Shown here piece after piece: positions 1-13,515 of a stretch of DNA of 64,000 nt. The notes under the pieces are model-generated. The model did not search any database. It saw only the letters and a program-made list of their open reading frames with translations, and was not told where the DNA came from. The first letter of the stretch is position 1; each line of letters begins with the position of its first letter. Source of the stretch: Octopus sinensis (taxonomy: Eukaryota); contig NC_043000.1 of assembly GCF_006345805.1 (NCBI RefSeq), forward strand, positions 108,376,001-108,440,000. The letters are read 5' to 3'. The translations under genes and the position numbers were made by a program.

Positions 1-3000
1 GACTTCTTAAGACATAACTGTTGTTTTCTTGTTGCTGAAGTGGTTATTTCTGCAACTCTTGTTGCTGCTCTTGTTGCTGTTATTGCAACTGTATCATAGA
101 AGCTAATAAGTCTTACATCATTAACAACTTTGTATCTCAAAAATTTGTTAGCTGACTTGCATGAGCTTCGAATCCTCGTTGCCAATATTGTAACATAATT
201 AATTACTCGTCGTTAATCATTGTAGCATCACCACTATTTATGATGATAGTTGTTTATACTATAACCGTGTTGTAACAATAAAACATATAAAGAAGCAGGG
301 TAGCAGCAACGTAACAATCCAACAAACTCTCCACGAACTATGCACGAACCAACAAACGATATTCCAACAAACTACCAAAACGACGCCTTACGACTTACTG
401 CGATTAATGCCAACTCAAACCGCTACTATCTATAGTCGTTCGGTCAAGTCTATTCTCACAGGGGGTATCGTAACTGTCGCCACAACATACATACATACAT
501 ACATACATACATACATACATACATACATACATACATACATACATACATACATACATACATACATACAAGTAATTTTATCAAGCTTTTAGAACTGAAGTAC
601 TAATATTTCGTGTCACAAATTTCAGCTGAATGTTATACAAAATCTAATAAATGTATTTCTCTTGAAACGTTACTAATTTGCCGACACAAGCTTCATAAAA
701 CATTTACTCACACTCACTCGAATCTAGTATTTTCTAATAATTTGCTTTACATCTGCATGAGTTGCTGTATTGTGATCAGCCCTAGGTAATTGCCTTGTGT
801 ACATCTTTGGTGTTATATCAGTTTATATTTTCGTGTCGACCATAAAAATGCTATTGTAATGTTTTAACCAATAAATTGCTTCACAGTTTTAAGTGAGTAT
901 ATTTCCCTTTCAAGTATGTCGCCATTCCACCTATACTAATCAGCTTCTGCACATGTGCATTCTAGTTTTTTCTATTTTTAAGAGAACAGTTAACTTTCTA
1001 ACTGCGCTGGAGTGCTTGTAAAATAGTCCGCATCCGCATCCATTATACTCCTAAAACATTACATAATATACAAGTCTTCAATTTGGAATATATCTATCTA
1101 TCTATCTATCTATCTATGGGAAAACATAAATGTGCTAACGAAGAGATCGGTAAAGGCAGTTGGAATCCGATTTTGCCTGGTCAAGCAATTTGGGTCAAGA
1201 TGAAAAAGTTTTTTTGACCAATCAAAAATAAATTGGAAGCGCATTGTGACCAGCGGTGTGTAACAGCATCTGATGGTCGATACTTTGATAAATTATTGGT
1301 TGCTACGTATGTTTGACCATTGCAGTAGTTTGGAACTCAGCATTACATGTTCCAAGATCTGTAACAGAATACACTCTGTTACAAAGATGTGTAAGAATGT
1401 AATAAAGTGTTCCACTGATGATCCATTGCGATTAACTATCCAAATGCACTTGAAACGTGTACTGTCGAGTTCCAAACGTACGTAGGAACTAATCATTTAT
1501 ACTTATGTTTCTCTTAATTTTCCCCTACATATGCTCTCTATACGAAAACTAGTAACACTAGTGGTTGACTAACCACTATACTGAAAGATAACTGTATAAT
1601 GATAATCTACTTGGAGCTCTAACTCATATAAAATTAGTCGTAAATTAAATTGTATATATATATATATATACAGGACAAGTAAACACAGAGAAAGGACCCT
1701 TCATTAGTTGTCGGCTGTCTATCTACCTCCCATTTCAAGCATTCAACGACAATATGAGTCTTCAAAGACAGTTGCTCCCATAAATTCTAAAATAAAATTT
1801 TGGATTTATGATGTGTGTGGGGGGGGGGTCAAATTTGGGAACAAAAACATGACAGTGGAGACATACAAGGAAACTCGACGAAAACAAATATGGAGGGTCG
1901 TTAGACCAGAACGAGAAGAAAATAGTGAACGCTGGGAGAAAGAGAAAAGATAGAAGAGAGAGAGAGAACACGTCCATCATTTTGAACGTCCGAGCAGGAA
2001 AAGAAAGATGGTTACGTGAGGAAAAGAAAGATGGACGATGGTCACGTGTGAGCAACGAGGCTATTGTTTAAGGAATCAGGAAGGTCATAATGATTTAAAC
2101 AAATGGTTGATCAATAATCCACACGAAAATTGCGATAATGGAAAATTTGAAGGAATTTGGAAGGAAAAGTTATTAAATTTGAACTTTTGTAGTGTAGACA
2201 CTACTGATTTTTTTGTTACTCGTCCAGTTATATGTACCTTGTTAGTCTTTTTGAAATATGCAACTGTCTTCATCTTTATAACTAGTTGAGTTCAAAAGTT
2301 TCTGCAAGTATTTTTAATAAATATTCTGTTTGATGTATGAAGGCAACTGGCCAAATGGTTAGGATGTATCACACACTATTGAGAGGGTGTCGTCTCGATT
2401 CCAGGACCGGGCAATGCGTTGTGTTCTTGAACAAAATACTTCATTTTACGTCGCTCTGCGATCACTTCCACTTCTGATGTGTAACACACCGTGCATCTGT
2501 ATAGGCAATGTCGATTAGATGAAGACAGCACAGGCATTTCAAGACTATGAAAAAAATCAGGTTGTTCTGTAAGAAATTGCTGAACCCTCATCAGTTGTAC
2601 ACAACAAACTTTTATATATTATTCATTCCCCGAGAAAACATCTTGAATATTCTCAAGTTATAGCTTCTCGTTTCCTGATTCTCTGATATAAGAAAATTAA
2701 AATAAGATATTATCGTTTGCTATTGATTTTTTTCTCATATTTTTTTCTGTCCATTAAATTCTCATTCTTCTTGAAAATTAATGTTCGCTTGTATCAAGAT
2801 ACTATGATTAATTAGGCAATGCATTAAACAAAACAAATTTTTTCTATTCCGGAAACGTAATCGATAAATGTGAAGTTTTGGTTATTATATTTATTGACAT
2901 TGAACAATATTCATCTGAATTTGAACAGAGTTAATATAAGTAAACATCATATCTACTTTATAACAATGCAGAATAGGATATACTATAATACTATTCCAAT

Positions 3001-3776
3001 AATTACTTATATATTTCAATGAATTTAATGCAAGATTAAAATGTCTTGGACAACAATGTACAGACAACTGTTTCATTTATGAATAATATAGATAACAGGC
3101 GTTACTTCGAGATCGATTTTGCGCACGACATTTATTTGTTTAAAGACTGTCTTTATATTCAAGGCTTGTTTATTTATAGAAAGAAATATAACTCCGGGGT
3201 GACATTTGCATATCAAAAATAATTAATTACAGTACACGCACACTCACACACACACGCATCAGCAAGATGCAAATCTTGGGAGCCTGGGTACAAAGTGTTC
3301 TTGTATTTGTTCCGAGTCTCTCGCTCACAGTTCAAGTTCTCCCGAGGTCAACTTTGCCTTCTATCCTTTCGTAATCTGTAAATATTCAGATCAATTCTTC
3401 TTCTTCTTCTTCTTCTTCTTCTTCTTCTTCTTCTTCTTCTTCTTCTTCTTCTTCTTCTTCTTCTTCTTCTTCTTCTTCTTCTTCTTCTCTTTCTCCGTCT
3501 TCCAAATTCACTCACAAGGAATTGGTCTGTCCGGGACTATAGTTGAAGCTGACCAAAGTGCCGCGCAGTGGGACTGAACTCGAAAGCACGTGTTTCGAAA
3601 CCAAGTTACAAAACCATTCAGTCATGCATTCCATTCCGACACACAAGGATGTGTTTGTGCGTGTGTTTGTGTGTGTGTGTGTGTGTGTTTGTGTGTGTGT
3701 GTGCTTGTGGGTGCGTGTATGTGTATATGTGAGTGTGTGTGTATGTCTATTATTTTTGTTGTGGAAATGTCATCCC

Positions 3777-3811
<35 letters not shown>

Positions 3812-3977
3812 AAATTAGAGAATTTTCCTACCAGTGGTTAGCATGCATAAAATACTCAATAGACAACATATTATTCATATAAAATTAGTGTACATTTATA
3901 CACAAAAGAGGCCCTAACAAGACACTTTACATGACTTTTGGCAAACCCTGCATGTATAATAACAACAACAAAAACCC

Positions 3978-4025
<48 letters not shown>

Positions 4026-4619
4026 AATAGGGTGAAATTTATAAATATTTAATACATCGATATACGCGTTTACACAAATAACATGATTTGAACTTCAAAG
4101 TTGGTACCCTTGGGATTAGTACGGTATAGTCCGGTTGATCATCATCATTGATTCATTTCATCAGGTGCATTATTAGATGAATCACAGAGGGATGTTTATT
4201 CTTCATACTGGCAAGAAGGGATAAACATCCCTCTGTGATTCATCCCGGAATGCAGAATGATGAAATGAATCAATGATGATGATCAACTAAATGCCCGCGG
4301 ATAATACAATCTATACTGTACTGATCACAAGGATACTAACTCTAATGTTAAAATCAGGTGAAAACGCGCGTAGCGATGTATTAAACATTTATATATTCCA
4401 TTCTAGAATTATTGTTGTTATATTTATCCTACATTATATCGGTATAACCATGATGCAACCCCGAAAAACTGACATACTAATCAGCATTATTAGACGATAG
4501 CCAGCATAATGAAATAGGAGCTTTATTTGCATAACCCTAACGTTACCATAAACGAATTTAAAAGCTATATAAATACATATGTATATATACATACATACAT
4601 ACATACATACATACATACA

Positions 4620-4654
<35 letters not shown>

Positions 4655-4773
4655 TGACCTGCTCGCTTAGCCAGCGGGGTGGCGTCATTTGAAGGCTAAA
4701 ACAATGCGAAGCGCATTGTGACCAGCGATGTGTAGAAACATCTGATAGCCTGCTCGGTCACGGTGATCACGGT

Positions 4774-4822
<49 letters not shown>

Positions 4823-4825
<3 letters not shown>

Positions 4826-5006
4826 GGTCCCGGGTTGAGTCGGGGTTAACCACAGTAAATAAGGTACTCAATACATAGCAGAGTAAATTAATTTATTTTA
4901 TAGAAGGAGCTTCTACAGGACTAGAACTGTTTCATTCAAAAGAAATCATCAGGAGATGATTTCTTTTGAATGAAACAGTTCTAGTCCTGTAGAAGCTCCT
5001 TCTATA

Positions 5007-5007
<1 letters not shown>
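4823..5007 (-). mobile_element. Short Penelope-terminus/retrozyme-like repeat with hammerhead-like core and 53-bp perfect inverted duplication, in (TA)n
   Basis: Minus strand TCCTGATGA-TTTCTTTTGAAT-GAAA-CAG..CTGTA-GAAGC. Arms 4898-4950 and 4955-5007 are exact reverse complements. Homologous to 30957-31087. Confidence 0.6.
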
Positions 5008-5063
<56 letters not shown>

Positions 5064-5064
5064 T

Positions 5065-5443
5065 GTCGCAGGAGTGGCTGTGGTAAGTAGTTTGCTTGCC
5101 AGCTACATGGTTCCGGGTTCAATCTCTTGGGCAATTGTCTTCTACTATAGCCTCGGGCCAACCAAAGCCTGGTTAGTGGATTTGGCTGATGGAAACTGAA
5201 AGAAGCCCATCGTATATATATGTGTGTGTGTATGTGTTTATGTGTCTCTGTTTGTCCCCACAACATCGTCTGACAACCGACGCTGGTGTGTTTATGTCTC
5301 CGTAACTTATTGGTTCGTTAAAAGAGCCCGATAGAATAATTACTAGGCTTGCAAAAATAAGTCCTGGGGGTAATTTGCTAGACTAAAGGCGGTGCTCCAG
5401 CATGGCCGCAGTCAAATAACTGAAACAAAAGAATAAAAGAATA
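5065..5443 (+). mobile_element. tRNA-derived SINE family A, full length
   Basis: Head GCAGGAGTGGCTGTGGTAAGTAG..GGTTCCGGGTTCA (A/B-box-like), CORE-like TTGGGCAA..TCTTCT, internal (TA)/(TG) tract, (AAAAGAAT/GT)n tail; homologous copies elsewhere in the window. Confidence 0.85.
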
Positions 5444-6479
5444 TAAATATAAAAAATGGAACAAAAACACAATAGAGGACAATAAAACACTCATACAAAT
5501 AGACGATACAAAGGCGGACAAGAGAAACAACAATTAGAAGGAGAGGTAAAAAAAGACGGGTCATTCGTGGCCTTATTTCCTCAGTCAAGTATATGAGAAT
5601 CCTTACTCTTTCGAGCAGTTACACTTGAAACAGTTCGGTCAGATTACCCTCCAAAATGTCCAAGCTAAGAGCATTAGACATTTTTGTAAGAAATCTAGCG
5701 AATGTGTACGGCAACAAAGACAAAAAACGGAGAACATGGTACACAATTACAAATACAAACAACAAGAATATAACAGATGTCTTTCAACTGAGAACGAGTC
5801 AAATTGAGCTGGCATGTATGAAGTGAAAGCCTAAAATCAGGAACATATGAGATAGACATAAGAGGTGTTGGCAGTCGGCAGTCAGGTCAAGAAAGAAAGA
5901 TTATAGCCTACCGGACAACAGTCACGTGGAAGGAGGAGAGATGGGTAGGGGGCAGCTGGATTGAAGGATTAGAAGAAAAACCAGAGACAAAAGAAAATGT
6001 ACAGGGGAGATAAACGAGGAAGAAAAGTGGGAGTTAAGGAAAGAGAGGGCTAAGAAATGTGGGAAAAGAAGGTGGAGCGAGAAAAAGAAAAGTGGAAGAA
6101 AGTATGAGGGGTGACTAAAAGATAGAGTAAGAGTCATGCATATATATATATATTTCCATGAGAGTTAGAGGTTGGGAAGCCAACCAACTAAGGGATAGTA
6201 CCTATCCAATATACTGCTGGTAGTGTGCCCAATTATTAATGCCCAAGTGTTGGTTGTTGCGTGGCAATTTCGCAATCGAGTGTCATACATGGCCGGGGGT
6301 AAAAAGTGGTTTACCCTTAATTTATACGGCAAAAAGAAAATGGAGGGGATGCAAAAATGACATACATCAGCCAGTAGACATTCTATTATGCCTATTTATT
6401 CCAAAACAAAAGGGAGTATTATAAGAATACATACACATGCAAAGACTGTGTGCTACACAAATATATACTAGCAATACAT

Positions 6480-7093
6480 AAATGAGTAAAAGATTAAAAG
6501 AGCAGTTCCTTACGGCCGTTTTTGCCAAGAGGCTACGACATCCTCCACGCTAACTCCATCTCTTCAGTGTTCTGCAGGGATGGGTAGATAGAGTTTGGAT
6601 GTTGAATGTGCGTCTAGGCTTCATCAGAGGGTCTAAATGGTTAGGAGAACCGATACCTACAAGAGTTAGTTACTAATATGTACAGTATATTTTTCTTATT
6701 GAAGAGGGCATAAGAATAGGAGCAAGACTTTGAGTGTGAGAGGAGTAAAACTTAGTAAAATGGATTAAATATAGGAAAGAGAAATAAGTCATAGACTTCA
6801 AGTGTTGCCTTTCAAGATTCATGTTATTTTGTTCAGTGGTGGATAGGTAGGTATATTCGTTCTAAGGATGAGATTTTTAGGATGGGTAAATTTAAGCAGT
6901 GGTTCTTATTTTGTTTGTGTTTACAGTGGTGGGTTTGAAAATATGGGCCGTGTTTCAGAGGTGGAAGTTTATATGTAGGATGTCAGTTGGTACTAAAGAG
7001 AGTATGGCACCAAGTGGTGACCAAATTAGGGTGCCATACTCTCATTAGTACCGACTGACATCCTACATATAAACTTCCACCTCTGAAACACGG
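6480..7093 (-). mobile_element. Highly decayed Penelope-like fragment with a 64-bp terminal inversion
   Basis: Minus remnant RPIFSNPPL, degenerate CTGAAGA..(G/A)AAACGGCCGT terminus near 6490-6570, inverted repeat 6948-7011 / 7030-7093 (62/64). Confidence 0.45.
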
Positions 7094-7675
7094 ACTATCC
7101 AGGCACTCAGCTATGAGTCCACTGCATCTTATTGCAGAAACAGCTGTAAGATAATGAAGCTTGTAAGTTATATGTACATATATTTATATATACAGAGAGG
7201 GAGAGAGAGGGGGAGAGAGACAGAGAGATTTATCCCGAGAAGATTGATATGTTTGATATGTTAAATTTTTTTTTTTTTTTTGAAGAAATAAGATATATCG
7301 CATAAACGTATTTCTACAAAATTATTATCAAATAATTCATGCCACCAGAGCGCAATCAACCAAACGTCTTTTCTATTTTTTCTATAATGAAAACTATATT
7401 TTATGAATGAGTTTTATCACATAACGGACGACACAATGCCATGGAACATAAAGAAAATTATACCAGGTTTTGATAATTCTTTTATTTATTTCTTCTTTTT
7501 TCTCTTATTTTGTAGTTTGTTGGAAAAAAATCTCTTTTCATCAGACAAGGAATATATTATTGCCATTTCCTTACTAAGATTGTATCAAACGATTATTATA
7601 ATTCTTCTTCTTCTGCTTCTTCTTTTTTCTTCTTCTTCTCCTTTTTCTTCTTCCTCTTCTTTTTCTTATTCTTCT

Positions 7676-7712
<37 letters not shown>

Positions 7713-7855
7713 CCACCCCTACCACCTCCACTGCTAATGCTACCACCACCACTACCACCACCACCATCACCACCGCCGCCGCCACCACCACCACCACCCC
7801 CACTGCTACTACAACCACCACCACCACCACCACCACCGCCGCCGCCACCACCACC

Positions 7856-7886
<31 letters not shown>

Positions 7887-8492
7887 TTTCTTTTTTGGTA
7901 ACAAGTTTTCAGGCTTGTTTTTCTTCTCATTTATCCATTAATATAGAAATTAATTACAAGAATTTTTTTGATGATGCAGAGCCAGTCTATCAAGCGAAGA
8001 TTTATTTTTAAAGATATATAAACATATGTAAATAGGAAAAAAAATTAGATATAAGTAGCATATTGTATATTTTATTACTTCATTAGAAATATTATATTGT
8101 GGCGTGAACACCTGAAAGACAGATTCAATTCTTACACCATCTACTTTATATGAAAATATTGATTTATGAATCAAAAATATCCAGTTTTTTTTCTTCTGAT
8201 AGATTATGTGCTATTTAGACAGCTAAACATATATGTCGAAAAGAAGACAATAAAACCACGTGTGTTAATAATATTTTGTCTCCTGCGTCTAAAGTAGTTG
8301 AGTTGCGGTTCGTTTATTGACTCAGGAAAATAATCGCACATCATTTGCCTGAAAACATGGCGATGACGAAACTGATCAATTTCTCAATTTTTTTTCATAT
8401 CATGCCTGTATTATTTTTTAACTATTCCGTGGCATAGAAGTATTTTGACTTCTACATTTATAGCGACACAGGTGCTCATGCTGTACCCTTGG

Positions 8493-8564
<72 letters not shown>

Positions 8565-8792
8565 TATATATACATATATTTCTTATGTATATATTTTTTA
8601 TTTTATTATTTTGCCTGTACGCTTGTAGTCGTTGCCACTAGCGATGGTACTTTTAATAGTACTATCACTCTCATATATATATTGTGTGTGTGTGGCATGT
8701 GTGTATATATATATATATAATATATATATATAATATATATATAGATATATATATATATTATATATATATATATATATATGTGTATATATATA

Positions 8793-8872
<80 letters not shown>

Positions 8873-9129
8873 TATATATAACGGGGTTTAATGGAGCAGA
8901 GGAAAAACCATTTCACCGCAGGAGAAAAAGATAACAGAGTATCCCACGAAATGAAAATAATGTCTATTCTATGTGGAAACTGTTTTTCTCCCTTACTCTT
9001 CGCTCTTTCCACCAACGCCCTAGCAATCTGCTTGAGAGGGAAAAAAGAGACCGACTACTACGTACGGCTTACTCAATACCATTGTCCATTTCATTTGCTT
9101 AGTTTCTAACATCACTTACCTCATTGACC

Positions 9130-10600
9130 TCTTTAAAAAATGTTTTTCAAGGAATCGCTCTCAATCACCCTTCCCTTCTTCCACTAGGATATACAATGCA
9201 CATTGGGTGGTTTCAACCAAATCTCATCTCTGACACGAGACATGAACAGATGCAAATCCTTCTCCGATATCTGCTGCTATTCTAATTGGATGTCTCCACT
9301 CATACTAGAATACGGCTGTGTGGAACCCCGACTTTTCCGTTTGATCTGACCGAAGCAATATGTTGTACAAGGATACGAACTCGATTGGAGAAGTACGATC
9401 GCTTTCGACAATGGATTTGATTGTCCAATGATGCTTCTCTAGGAACTATTTCTACTCGGCCTGCACGCGACTCTAAAGTAGCACCTGACCTTCTACTTCT
9501 CCAACATCTGTCTCATAATTCTGAACGAAACACGGTACTGACGTCTAACAGTACTCCATCCACTGGGCTCCTCCCACCAAATATTTCCTTCAGAACTTTA
9601 TTAATTTCAACTCTCGCCCATTGCCCTAACCTTCCTCCACGTACAGCTACCCATTCAGGCCCACAATCAGGCATGACCTGATACAATCCCCTGCCAGTAG
9701 TGCGTCACACCCATTGCCAACCGTTCCCAATTGCTTCTCATTCGAATCTCTACCCTTTCATACACACTTGGTGCGGGGTCCATCGATTGATATCTGTCAC
9801 AGATTCTAACCATCTTCCAAATATTCTCCCCAACGACATGAGGGTCAACCTGTGTGGCCAAAAGCAATGTTCTGTTCACTCCTAGATGATGCGTTTCGTA
9901 GTTCAGCTTCAACTCCAAGACATTAAGCAGCTCGCTATAGTCACTCCTGTCTCTAAATACTTAGGTAACCCCATCCAGGTTTTTCTCACACTAATAAGAA
10001 CATCTGATTTACTTTCTACTGAGGCTAAAAGATTACTCGTATTTTCTTTTCAAATTCTTTGATCAACTCTTTTAGGATATCCAGGCATTGTTTTACTTAC
10101 AGTAATCTCTGCAGCTTTCTTTGTTTGGATTCTGTTTTCACGAGTAATTACTAATCCCAAGTAACGTATCCAAATCAGTTCCGATTTGAGCATCACACAA
10201 CCTTTATTTCAAAGCTAAACTTATTCCTTTCAACGCAGCAACCAACTCGTTCACATTGATATAGTTCTGATCATTTTTCTAGGCCAGGCTGCATAAACTA
10301 CCTCGACTTCACCTAATTGCAGGACAACACCCGTCGTTGTGCTGCTACAATCACGCCAATCAACACTTCTCTCTGACTTACCAATTTCTTCTTACTGGAT
10401 CCGCCTTTCTTAACCGCTGCGTGATATCCCTCATCATCACAACTGTCCTCTCTCCAGCTTCCCCGCAGGTCAAAATGTTTACACTGTAAAAGATTCATTT
10501 AACCTTCCTCATATTCGTCCCACATCTTGTTGGACTGCTTCGCTCACCTCTAAATACATTGCAACGCTAACCCCTCAAAACATGATATGAAACTGCTCAA
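9130..10600 (-). pseudogene. Decayed Ty3/gypsy-like LTR retrotransposon pol (RNase H + integrase)
   Basis: Hand translation with stops and frameshifts: GVVLQLG..AAW.RKND..INVNELVAALKGISLALK (RNase H), HHLGVNRT..CDRYQSMDP (HHCC zinc finger), GVTHY, DVSTVFRS, HHWTIK, YEWRHP, IWLKPPN. LTRs not identified. Confidence 0.8.
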
Positions 10601-10649
10601 TTGCTAATTCCCTGAGTGACTAAGCTAAGCACCAAAGCATTCTTATCAC

Positions 10650-10917
10650 ATCGATAGTGTGCGATTTTCCCTTTTAAACTGTAGGCTTTTCTTCCCACGG
10701 ATGAGCTTAATCTTGCTTCTTACTTTTAAGAAAATTTGTTTCTGTGATACACGATCCCTTTTGATCGCCCTCTATTTTTCCGATCCCTTTTGATTGGAAT
10801 TTTACATTTGTTTCCTTTTTTGTTCCTTTTTTCTTTTTCTATCTTCAAAAAGAAAAGCTCTACATTTGTATTTGTCCCCTCTGTATTCAGCCCTGTGTGG
10901 CCAATAAAGAAAGTTAT
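10650..10917 (+). mobile_element. 3'-UTR fragment of the same Tx1-like family as 42601-47345, followed by (TATC)n
   Basis: Collinear blocks shared with the reverse complement of 42601-42930: G(T/C)AGGCTTTTCTT(C/T)CCACGG, TCTGTGATA..CGATCCC, CGATCCCTTTTGAT, CTTCAAAA..GAAAAG.TCTAC, CAGCCCTGTGTGGC.AATAAAGAAA. Confidence 0.8.
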
Positions 10918-10924
10918 CTACCTA

Positions 10925-11006
<82 letters not shown>

Positions 11007-11842
11007 GTTTGTCAGTCTGTCTATCTATCTAAATATATATCTATATGAGTAGTTATGCGTAGTTATATGTATGTCCCTCTATTCCCGTGTATATACGCCT
11101 GTGTCTTTAAAAATATATACATTTAGCTAGCTAGCTACCTACCTACCTACCTACTTACATACATACATACATGCATGCATGCATGCATGCATACATACAT
11201 ACATACATACATACGTACGTACGTACGTACGTACGTACATACATACATACATACATACATACATACATACATACATACATACACACATACATACATACAT
11301 ACATACATACTTATATAAATACATACAAAGTCCAGTTTCACAAATCTTGCTTCGTCCTTCATGCACGTGATAAAAAACCGAATGTTTTTGACTCTCTTAA
11401 ATTAGTGAATATTTCAATAAAAATTATAAATAGATAATTCATTCGTTTTATTACTATAATTGTTATTATTTATGAGAAAATATATTTTATTAAAGAAGAT
11501 GATAAATGATGAAAAGACTAGGTTATATCAGTGTTAAATTATGGGGAAAACATATTGATGTATTTTGTTTTCTAGTGTTTTTGTCTTTCTAAATTTATAT
11601 TCTTAACGAATTGAAAATATTTTGGACCAAAAATTCGTACTGAATTTTACCAAAATGACAAAAAGGAAAGGAAGAAGAGAGACACGACAGGAACTGTGAA
11701 GAATATCTTTTTTCATTACTCTTTACATTATTATTAATATTTTCTATTAAATTTCCCAAATAACATCGTTTACTTGTTACTTATGTGCATATGTGCTATG
11801 TGCTATTAATGAAGTTAGCTAATATATATATATGTATGTATG

Positions 11843-11905
<63 letters not shown>

Positions 11906-12316
11906 TATATATATACACGCATACATATATACTTTATATACATAAGCAAAATTGCTAGTTGTAAAAATCTCAAGAGGAGATCAGAGTAGTAATTATACTA
12001 AAAAAGAAAGTCCGTCGCCACATCCAAGTGGCCATGCCATGTCACTACTAGTTTAACCTCAGTCAGATTCTCTGCCACCTGGTTGTCGGTGCAACTCTGC
12101 TAGAGGGTGATAGGGGTTCGCTCCCCCTGCTAACAATACATTGTGTACAAACGCTACAGAGTCGTACCGAATACCAACTGGCGGAGAATCTGCCTGGGGT
12201 TAAATTAGTAGAAACATGGGACAACCACTTATAGGTGGCGACTAACTTTACACATGCAATTTTTAAATGCATTTATTCCTACCAGACGCATTCTCAGACA
12301 AAATTATATAGGTTTA

Positions 12317-12370
<54 letters not shown>

Positions 12371-12403
12371 ACGCATGTATACGTGTATGTGTGTATGTAT
12401 TCA

Positions 12404-13056
12404 TATGAGGTCCGTGTTAAAAATATGTTATAAAGCAAACGAACAGAAAATACTTGACATCACAGGGATAACAAATTTGGTTAACGCTTAAATAGAAGGG
12501 AACGTGGCTTCACGTTTCGGAAGCTAATCAGAGGAAATTTATAGAAAAATTAGAAAAAACCATCGCAGATGTGTGTGTAGCTGTGGGGTTAAATCGTCAA
12601 ATCACCATCTGTGAGCCATCAGAGGATATGCAGATTAGTTACGATTCAGTTCAGTTCATTATCACTGAAGATTGGGTATGAGCGCTTGTCTGCCAAGTTT
12701 GTGCCAAAACGGTTTTCAACTGACCAAAAAGACATTGGGGTTTCAGTTGCACTAGATCTCCTTGATCGTATTGAGAACGATGCACGCGTTTTGAAAACTT
12801 TGCGTAGGTTTCTGAGCAGGTATCACAAAGCTGAAGATTCTCAGCTCAACTTTATCTGTCATGGTCAATGCGATTTTCAGAGGATACATACATTTCATCC
12901 AAGCGCTGCTGTAAACAGTGGAAGTAAGCTAGAACGTTAAAACTTAGAGTGCACATACAGCAGAGTTCAAGGTCAGTCTGTGCCAAGCGGCTTCACTGAG
13001 TGTTTTTGCTTCGTTACTATGGCAACAGTTCGGGTACTTATTGATCAGACAACTTA
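12404..13056 (+). mobile_element. Internally deleted mariner element
   Basis: Degenerate TIRs TATGAGGTCC.. and ..ACTTATTGATCAGAC..; transposase remnant LSAKFVPKRFSTDQK..VALDLLDRIEND. Confidence 0.7.
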
Positions 13057-13102
13057 TGAAGATATTTAACTATGTGGAAAATTTCAATATCTAACATTTC
13101 AA

Positions 13103-13515
13103 TACTCTTTTACTCTTTTACTCTTTTACTTCTTTCAGTCATTTGACTGCGGCCATGCTGGAGCACCGCCTTTAATCGAGCAACTCGACCCCGGAACTTA
13201 TTCTTTTTGTAAGCCCAGTACTTATTCTATCGGTCTCTTTTGCCGAACCGCTAAGTAACGGGGACATAAACACACCAGCATCGGTTGTCAAGCAATGCTA
13301 GGGGGACAAACACAGACACACAAACAAGCACACATGCATATATATATACATATATACGACAGGCTTCTTTCAGTTTCTGTCTACCAAATCCACTCACAAG
13401 GCATTGGTCGGCCCGGGTCTATAGCAGAAGACACTTGCCCAAGATGCCACGCAGTGGGAATGAACCCGGTACCATGTGGTTGGTTAGCAAGCTACTTACC
13501 ACACAGCCACTCCTG
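13103..13515 (-). mobile_element. SINE family A, full length
   Basis: Reverse complement of the 40766-41186 copy; (TACTCTTT)n tail at the left end. Confidence 0.9.

Noticed and set aside
7403-8011. 202-aa ORF as a mucin-like or membrane protein
   Set aside because: Mostly (TTC)/(TAC)/(ACC)n repeats; no recognisable domain.
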